Virus record (IMG/VR): IMGVR_UViG_3300005253_001911
Strand: one strand, 5' to 3'
DNA: 64,000 nucleotides
Source: an uncultured virus (IMG/VR IMGVR_UViG_3300005253_001911)
Lineage: Duplodnaviria; Heunggongvirae; Uroviricota; Caudoviricetes
Positions 33,801 to 42,800 of this stretch are shown piece by piece (positions within the stretch are counted from its first letter, which is position 1; every line of letters begins with the position of its first letter). The translations under genes and the position numbers were made by a program. The notes below the pieces were generated by a model, which saw only the letters and a list, made by a program, of their open reading frames with translations, searched no databases and had not been told where the DNA came from.

Positions 33801-36800
33801 CAGCTTTAGGAAATCTTTCAAGCAACTCCTTTTGTTTTTGTCTATGAACAGCAGTTCCACGTAATCCAGTTACTTCCAACAACGCACTAGGTTTTGTAAG
33901 ACCAAGCATCTCTTGTAATATACCCTCTGTCTGTGTACCACCCCCAAAAGCACCTCCACCCTTCAGAGCGCTCGCTCTAAAAACTTCGTGCAACGGTACT
34001 TGTTTGGCCAGTTCTGGGCCTTTCGCTTTAGACTCCAAGTACTTTAAAGCATCTCTTTTTCTTCGTACTAATGCCTCACTTATAGCCCCAGTTAATGCAT
34101 CAGCAACTCCAACTGTTGTTTCCTTTAGTTCTACAGTGGCAGCCGTATCAGGTATATCAAATGATTTAGCAACCTGCTCTAATTCTTTAGTCCTGGCGGT
34201 AGGAAACGATCTCTTATGCCATTCTTCAATAGCTTTAATTCTATCCTCTTGGCTAGTTATAGCTTCTTTCTCAGCCGCCTGAGTTCTTGCTGCACCTTTT
34301 TCAAAGTCTATATCAGGAAAAGCCCGTTCAAGGTACTCTTTCTGAGCCGGCACAGTTGCCATTATTTCAGACACTCTTCTAAGCTGTTCTATAGTACTTA
34401 ATTGAAACTGTGCAAACTTTTGAATTTTGTCAGTGATTTCTTGTGCTCTCTGTTCTATATCTGCAGGCACAATTTGTTCTTCACGAACTAATGCTTCACG
34501 CTCTAAAAGACCTTTTACTCCTCCAAATATTCTTCCTCGCTGTTTTTCTTCAAACCCAGCTCCTATCAGTGCTTCTTCTTCTGGAATTAGAGGTCTCAAA
34601 CCAGCTATTTTAGATATATCTTCGACCTTAGTCCTGGCTGCTTTTTGAGCTGAGGCCATTTGATCTAGCCATTCAGTTATTTTGCCAGGATCTGGTTGTT
34701 CCCCTGGCGCTCCAGCTTCTCTCAATACCTGTGCCGCCAGCTTATTAGCTTCTAGTATGCCAGAAAATGGTACAGTTACAGCACCAGCAAATCCTTGTGC
34801 CTGTTTTTCAAGTTTCTGCAACTCTTCTAATTCTTTGTATCTTTGCTGTATAGCGGTCAATACTAAGAATTTATGTACTCCACCAGTCTCCACAGTACCA
34901 GTTTCAGCAAGAGCTGTGGATAGAGAAGCTGCTGCTTTTCTCGCGGTTTTTAGATCCCTTCTAAATATATCTCCACCTTCGGCGGGTAAATTAATCTGCT
35001 CTGGATCAATTTTTATACCTGTCCTATCAGCAGCAGTAGCCATGGTTTCCATACTTGTTCGCATTTTATACAACGGCTGTAAATTAGTAACAATGTGCTT
35101 GGATATAGCTATACCTGTATCAGAAATTGATTCTTTAGCAATTCGAATTTCTGCGAATTGTTCTACCCCACCAGCAGCTTTGACATCACGTCTCAATTTC
35201 ACTGTCGCTGGTGTTAGTGGCCCTTCCTCTAGTTGGCGCTGTAGATTTTTACTCAATCCTTTTATAGCAGCCCTTTGGATCATTCTAAATAATTCTTCAA
35301 AAGTTGCTTCTATATTCACCTTACTGAGTATACGCTCCATAAGAGCTTCTCTACTTATGTCAACCTCAGCTTCGGGCTCAAATAGTTGCAATTCTTTTTT
35401 TAATTCTTCTGTAGATAAGGAACCAAGTCTTAATTTCATCTGATTTGTAATTTCATCATTAAAATCAGACAGCTCCTCCCAGTTCTTATCTATACCTTTT
35501 TTCGCATCATCTAAAGACTTTCCAACAAATTCCGAAACATTTGATTTTCCTATCCTAGACAACAACTGAGGTCCAATGGCTTCAACGCCGGCATGTTTTA
35601 CATCCATTCCTTTCTGTATAACGAAACGTAGTATTTCATTTACACGAGCAGCAAATTCGCCTACTGGATCTCTACCTAAGGCCATACTCTCTTTTGGAAA
35701 AGCCTTTAAAAATTCTGGGGCTGGTTGGAAAGCTTTTCCGGTACCAGCGACACCAGCACCAAAACCGGTTTCCATCTCTGATATCCTAGCTAATCTACTA
35801 ATACCTTCGACTGTTCTACCTGTCTCTATCTTAAATAACTGACCACTAATAGCATCTGCATACTTCCGTTCCCATAACTGTCTACGTATTAGTTCCTCAG
35901 TTAGTTTAGCCATGTTCTTTGAAACCACATCAGCGGACTCACCAAGTTCTGGAATACCTGTTTCCGATGATCTAGCCTGCTTTATAAACTCTTCGCGCTG
36001 TGCGGCAGTTGCACCCACCCTCTTAGCCACGTCAGGTATTACTTGTTTCTCAACAAAACCACGGGCAGCTTCTGGTTGATCAAAAAGAGCGCCTAATACT
36101 TCTTTTATATTTAGATTTTTTACATCTTCTTGTATAAACGGTTTAGTAAGAAATTCGAATCCTTGAGTACCAGGGTGTTTTTTACTAAAAATATTGGCCA
36201 TTTCCGACAAAGCTGCAACATCAGTTTCTTTTACAGCAGTAAACACTGATCTAAACAATGTACGTACAGCAGTAGTATCTTTGCCCAGAGCCTCAAAATG
36301 TTTTTTAATTTCATCACGAGATTCTTGTACTTGTCCAGTATGTATAAATAAGGCATCCCCATCAAAATCCAACTTCTGCTCCATACTGGTAAATGTAGGA
36401 ATGGCTCGTTGTATAACTTTTAGCAACCCCTCTATAGCAGAAGTAAGTTTCCCAGCAGCCATGGCACCTTCTTCTGTACCTTTAGCCCATTCTTCTTCCC
36501 GTTTCTTTAATAGAGTTATAGTGTCTTCAGGCAATTCCTTAAGAGGCTTTATACCTACAAATTCTCTCAACTTATCCAGTGTTTGTGTAAGTTCTATTAA
36601 ACCTTCTTGACCTTCCTTCTTTGCAAACCCAGGAGCTCCAGGAACGGCTATCGAAAATTTGCCAAGCGGACCTTTTACAAGATCTTCCATTATTCTGGCT
36701 ATATGAGGTTGTATACTCGATACACCAGTAAATGGAAATCTCACAGATTGAACAAACACATCTTGTTCTTTTTTAATTAGTTCTTCAAGACTAAGAGCTA

Positions 36801-39800
36801 TCTCACTTTTTTCACCAGTCCTGACTTGTATCTTCTTCAACATTTCTGAAGGCAATCCTATTTCGCCAGGCTTCAAAACTGGCAATCCAACTCTCTTAGC
36901 CTTCTCAACAAAGTCGCTATGTAATTCTGTTAGATTTTTTACATTCTTAACTATCCCTTCTATTCCAGGAATCTTCAAATCTATTACATATTCCTTTCCT
37001 AGCTCCTCAAGTAAGTTGTTTAGATCTTCTGTCTTATCTGCTATAGCAGATATAGCTTTTCCAGTAATTGCCGGCGTAACTCTCTGAAAGAAAACCTGTT
37101 CAATACCTTTCTTCTTACCAAATACTTCTTTACCCAGCTCTTTAAAATATCGTACTTTAGCCTTACTCAAAGCTTCTCGTCTTAGTTGTAAAGCCTCTTC
37201 AATGGATTGCTGTATACTTATACCTACATTCTTTGCAAACTCATCCAGGTTGCCAGCTTCCAGTTCAATGTCGAAAACTGTTTTTGCCTTAGTACGTTTT
37301 TCCGTCTGTCTCAAAAAAGATTCTAACAAGGGTTCGAATCCACCAGCTCTTTTAGCTTTAACTTCCAGTTGTGGAGTTCTGAATCTTGAAGGTATATCAC
37401 CGGTAGCCCCTTCACGAAAAGCTTTTAGAGCGGAATTAATCTGATCTACTTCTCTTTTCAATGATTCAGGATTTGCGCCTATTAAAATATCAGAAAGTCT
37501 GCCAAATATTTTACTATATTGTCCTTTAAATCTTTTAGAAAACGCTTCAAAAGAAGGTAGTTCACCAGCTTCGGATCCTTCCTGATAAACTCCTGCAGCG
37601 GGACGTGTAGGCGAAAGAGCAGTCTTGAATTTTCCTATTGTGCGCTCCATGAACTCAATATTCTGTGGCGTAGAGGCTTTCTCAAGTTTTTGGAATGTTT
37701 TTATAGTATCTGTAAGTGTCTTGGTAAGTTCAGCACGGATAGTGGTTGCGAACTTTCTTTGGAATTCTTCACTAAGTCCGGCTCCACGCGTTCTAGCAGC
37801 ATCAGCCAGCTCTTCAACACTTTTTGCAGCACTTATCAAGTTGGCCAAATATCTACCAGTACCTGTTGGAGCTTGTGTACCCAACAATTCTTCTTGATAA
37901 GTACCTCTTAAGGAAGGGCCTGGAACACGAAACTCTTCATATTTTAATGGTCCAGGTTTAGTTGAAGGTATTTGAGTTTTAAAAGCTGTTGGAAATTTAC
38001 CTATATCAAATATTGTGCCTTTGAGTTGTTCAATTGTGCCTGTTGCCTCATCGAATTTTGTTATGTCTTCTAGTTTGACTGACTTTAAACTTTTCAACAT
38101 AGATTCACGCATACCCACCATAGTTGGATCTAATGACTGAAAAGTCTTAATAAGTTCCCACCCCTGGTCAGAAGCCAGGGCAGTGGATGCTGCCAGCTCC
38201 TGCATCATTTTAGACCCTTCACCAAATACTCCTGCCATAGCAGCAAATGATTGAAAGTCTAACCTTAAACCTTTTACACCTTTTTCTATTTCACCTGGAG
38301 TAGCTTCCTTAAATATATGAGGCTCTTCAACTATTTGTAAAAATTTAGGAGCTACTAAACTTTGTACACGCTCACCAAATTCATTTACAACCTCAGTATA
38401 AACAGCAACTGCTTTTTCATATTCTAATAATTTATCTATTTCTTCTTGACTTATACTTGGTTTCTCAAACTTTATTCTTTCTATAACTCCTGCTAAATCT
38501 TTAAATGGTTCAAACCCAAGCTCAATCATAACTTCTCTAAGACTATCCCTGGCTTCTTTAGTTTCTAATAAGGCGCCTTTCTTTATATCATCACTTAACG
38601 TAGTCACACCAGTAGTAGATCCAATAAGATTATTAACAACTGCCTCTAATACTTCAGGCATTAAACCTCTCTTAGCTATACCACGCGAACTTATACGCGC
38701 TTCTATAGGCTTAAATTCAGTCAGAGCTTCCTCTCCAAATCTTGTTTTAGATATATCTTTAATTTCTTTAATACCAGCCACGCCGCTTGGTAATTCTACA
38801 TCAAACATTGATTTAAACACCTGTGACACATCAGTAAATAATTTTTTCTGTTTTAATGCTTCTTCCTCCGTAACTAGTCCTTTGGATGCATCTTTAAACA
38901 TCTCAAGAATAAATTTATTACCTGATTCAATAAGCATGTCATGCATTTTGAGTCCAGCTGCTCCGGCCATTCCACCCTCGGCCTTCATCAACTCAGATAA
39001 TAATTGTCCCATACTTTTAGGTACTTCAGCAACACCCAACCCAGGCCCTGGCTTCACTCCAGCTCTAAACCCACGCTTTATAAAAGTAGATACATCTTCG
39101 ATTGATTTTATACGCTTAGGTAATTCTGGATCACCTTGTTGAGTTACAGACACACCCTTTGTGCCAAAACGAGTTGTAAATTTTCTACCAAAGAAATTTA
39201 AAAATACCTCAGTCAGTGCGGCTGATTGTACTTCAGCAGTCTTACCCCTATGTTCTCTCATTACAGTTTCAATTTTTTTGCCTATATCAGCTATATCAGC
39301 TCTACCCCTATAACGCTGAGGAACACCTAGTATATCTTGAAATTGACCAGATACCTCACCTAACACTTTTTGAAATGATTCCTCACCCTGTTCAGCTCTT
39401 TTTCGAGCTTCGGGTAATACTCTTTGTAATCCCGGTTCTATCTCAGTTATACGTCCACCAGTCTCTAGTAATACTTTAGCAGGCTTTATTAAACGCTGAG
39501 TTATTTCTGTAAAAACCTTTGCCAACCTACCAGAAATAACTATTTGATCTTCAAACGTGGAAGCAGTATTTCTAAGTTCGGTCAGTACATTGAATCCAAA
39601 TCCACCAGCCCCAAACTTACCAGATTCAATCATTCCTCTCTCTTTTGCACTAACTAAGGAAGGTATTTCTCCAGCTCCACCGCCTATTTTCAAAGCATTA
39701 GCAACATTCGATAATTGTCTGTTTATAGAACTAAATTCTTTAAAAGGAGCAGTTGCCCTTAAATTAGCAGTGCTCATATTTATCATAGTTTTGTCTATAG

Positions 39801-42800
39801 CTTTTAGATTGTTGTTTACCAGATTAAGTTGTTTTACTACAGAACTAGCCGCATCACTAACATCTAATGACGACGCAATTGGTTTTCCTAAAAACTCTTT
39901 TCCTTCAAATATACCAGGCTGTCCTAGTCTTTCTGATCTTCGTACAATATCTTTCCATAATAGTCCAGCATCCACTATATGCTTCGTTTGTTGTTCAGGC
40001 CCCAGCGGTTTAGCAGTCGGCCTTGTCAACACGCGCAAGCTTTCAACATCTACAGCGGTACGCTTTACACGTCCAGGCTCTATAAGCGGCATTAATCCTA
40101 CTACCTCGTTAACCACAGACGATATGTCTCTCATACTACTAGTAAATCTCCCTATAGTAGCAGCCTGCTTCTCAATAAATGGGGTTTTACCAGCCTGAAA
40201 TAATCTATCTAGCATGTCATAAAAATTCTCAAACGAAATAGTATCCATAGCTTTAGCTACATCTAAAAAACTCACTTTTAGAACATCAGCTTCTACTAAC
40301 AATTCTTTTATACTACGAGTCGCACCTATAAATTCAGGAGCCTTTTCTGTAGTCAAAGTACCTCGTTCCATACGTCCCATGGCTACAGCTTTAGCCAAGC
40401 CGCCTTTGACCGTGGTTTCTCCTCCAAGCTCTATAACTCTTTTAACAAGGATAGCAGCTAATTTCTCAGCCTTAGCGGCCGTAAGTTCTTCTGCAGGAGT
40501 TCTTGCTCCAGCTCCAGACGGTATCCGTATAGGCAATTTAGAAATTTCACGCATCATACGTTCAAGCTCTACCGCAGGAGCTCCTAGTAACTGCATCTCC
40601 TTAGCCAATCTTTCAAGACCAGTATTAATTGTTGCAAAGTTAGCAACAGCTCTCTCAGCACCAAATTTTGTTTTAAACGCTGGAAGTCCTTGTTCCCCTA
40701 CACTAATAGCTGGTATAGCTAGACGTTTTACAAAATCTTCCATCAATTTCTTTTCTGCTCTGGCCTCTAAAACAACTTGGCTGAATAATCTAGTAAGATC
40801 TGTCTGACTCGTTATTATATCAGCTGGTGCAATAGTTTTTTCCTTTATATCTTTAAATAACTTACCTACAGCTTTTCCCATTTCCTTAGCAGTCTCACTA
40901 GTTAATCCGCCTATCTCCCTATAAAGAGCGTCCGCCATAGCTTCAGGAGTTCTAAACGAAGACAACTGAGCCTGTACAAAAGCCTGTTTGAAAGTATCTA
41001 TTAATTCACCAGCGGTACCTCCTTTCGGTACAAATTGCTGAAAGTCAGAAGCTATTGCTTTACGAAGCCCTCTGACATCTACTATTTTTAGTTCAAACTC
41101 CCCTTTACCAGTGGCTAATTGAAAAGCTTCTCCGGCTTCGGTTTTCAATATTTGCATGCCCTTAGTCATGCCTTTCTCAAGGGAATTAACTATATTATTC
41201 TGTAGTTTGTCCAATGACTTGGCTAAATCACCAAATATAGCTGCGGCTTTTTCTTCCTTGACTGCTCCAGCGGGTGCTTTAAAAGCGAACGGATCAGCGG
41301 TCGGTCTAGGCCCTATTACCTGGCCTCCTTTAAAAATATTAGCTTGTATATTTGATCGTAATTTAGCAAGATCCTCTATTTCAATTACAGCTTTGTTTAG
41401 AGATTTGGTAGTATGCTCAGCAGCAATTGAGGCATCTTTAATATGTGTAGAAAAAGAATCAGCACTGTCAGCAATCTTTGCAGCAGATTCTCTTGTTGCC
41501 TTTTGTAACTCCTCAAAATCGCTGGTTGAAGATTCTACAGTTTTTTGAATAGAGTTTAACTTGGAAGCTAAATCTCCCTCAGCAGCTGCCAATTCTTTTG
41601 TACTTCCATCAACAGCTTTTAATAACGTAGCCGTAATATCTAGGTCAAACGTAGCATCGTGTAGCCCTTTACCAAACGACTTTATCTCTACACCAGCAAG
41701 CCTAAAATCTTCCTCAAATTTAGCTAATGAGTGCGACATGCGTTTTGGAAAAGCTTTTCTAGCCAAATCCAGAGTGTCCACTAATTTATCGATAGCCGAA
41801 TCTATTTCAATTCCGGCTTTCTTGAAATGCTGTTCTAAAACATGTATATCAAACCCTTTTATATTTTGACCAATTATAACTTCAGCATCCTTTAACACGT
41901 CGGCCAATTTCTTCATAGCCTCAGTAGCTTCCATACCTTCTTTTTGCAGTTTTTCAAATGCGATAGGCTCAACTTTACCAATATTACCTATTAGTTTTTT
42001 ATATTGTTCCTCTGTAGTTACACCTTTAGGCGGCTTTACAAGAAACTGACCTTTTTGGGCCTTACCGGACATTATATCAGCTATCGTTCCTTTTTGAAAT
42101 CCTATCTGACTAATAAACTCAACTGCTGCTTTTTTACCAAATTCAGTAGCCACTTTTTTAATTTCAGAGGTCTCCAAATCAACAGCGACTACAATTTTCT
42201 GACCCAGCTTTTCTTTTATATCTTTGAACTCTGCTCCCATATCTTTAAGAGCTTTATCAAACAGAACTGGAGGAGCCATTCGTTCTGTAGGTCTACCAAC
42301 AGGCTTAGTTTTAGCTCCGACAGCTTTTGACAATTCACCAATACTTTTAGACAACTCTTGAGAAGATCTTTCTTTCTTTTTAAGTTCTGTTAAAGCTTTT
42401 TCTAATTTATTTACAACGTCCGCTCTACCAGTCTCAAATGCCCTAGAGGTCTTTACTCTCTTAAGCGCATCAGTAAGTGCTTTTACATGTTTAATAATTT
42501 CTGGAGCATTTTTTATCGTTGCTGCTGCACCGCCAGCGACGCCGGCAGCTTTAATACCGGCTGCAATCTCTGTGGCTATTTTACCTGCTGACACAGCCTT
42601 TTCTATAGCTTTAGGTGTTTCTTTCAATACAACACTTACCTTACTAAGCGCTCCCTGTAAATTATTAATTGCTTTTTCCAACAGAGCCAGTCTCTTTTCA
42701 TTACGTTTAACTACTGCAATATCCACCTCACCAGTTTTTTTCACAATTTCAGCAGACCTCTCCAATGCCCGTTGAAGCTTATCTGCTTGGCGAGTTAATT

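Noticed and set aside
33420..33990. Cas4-like domain taken as evidence of a CRISPR-Cas system
   Set aside because: No array or other cas genes are present, the Fe-S cysteines are missing, and the domain is part of a virion polyprotein.
24897..42775. Many plus-strand ORFs (60-253 aa) opposite the giant gene
   Set aside because: These are antisense shadows of a long coding sequence. They are Ser/Leu/Phe-rich, and I saw no RBS or recognisable motifs.
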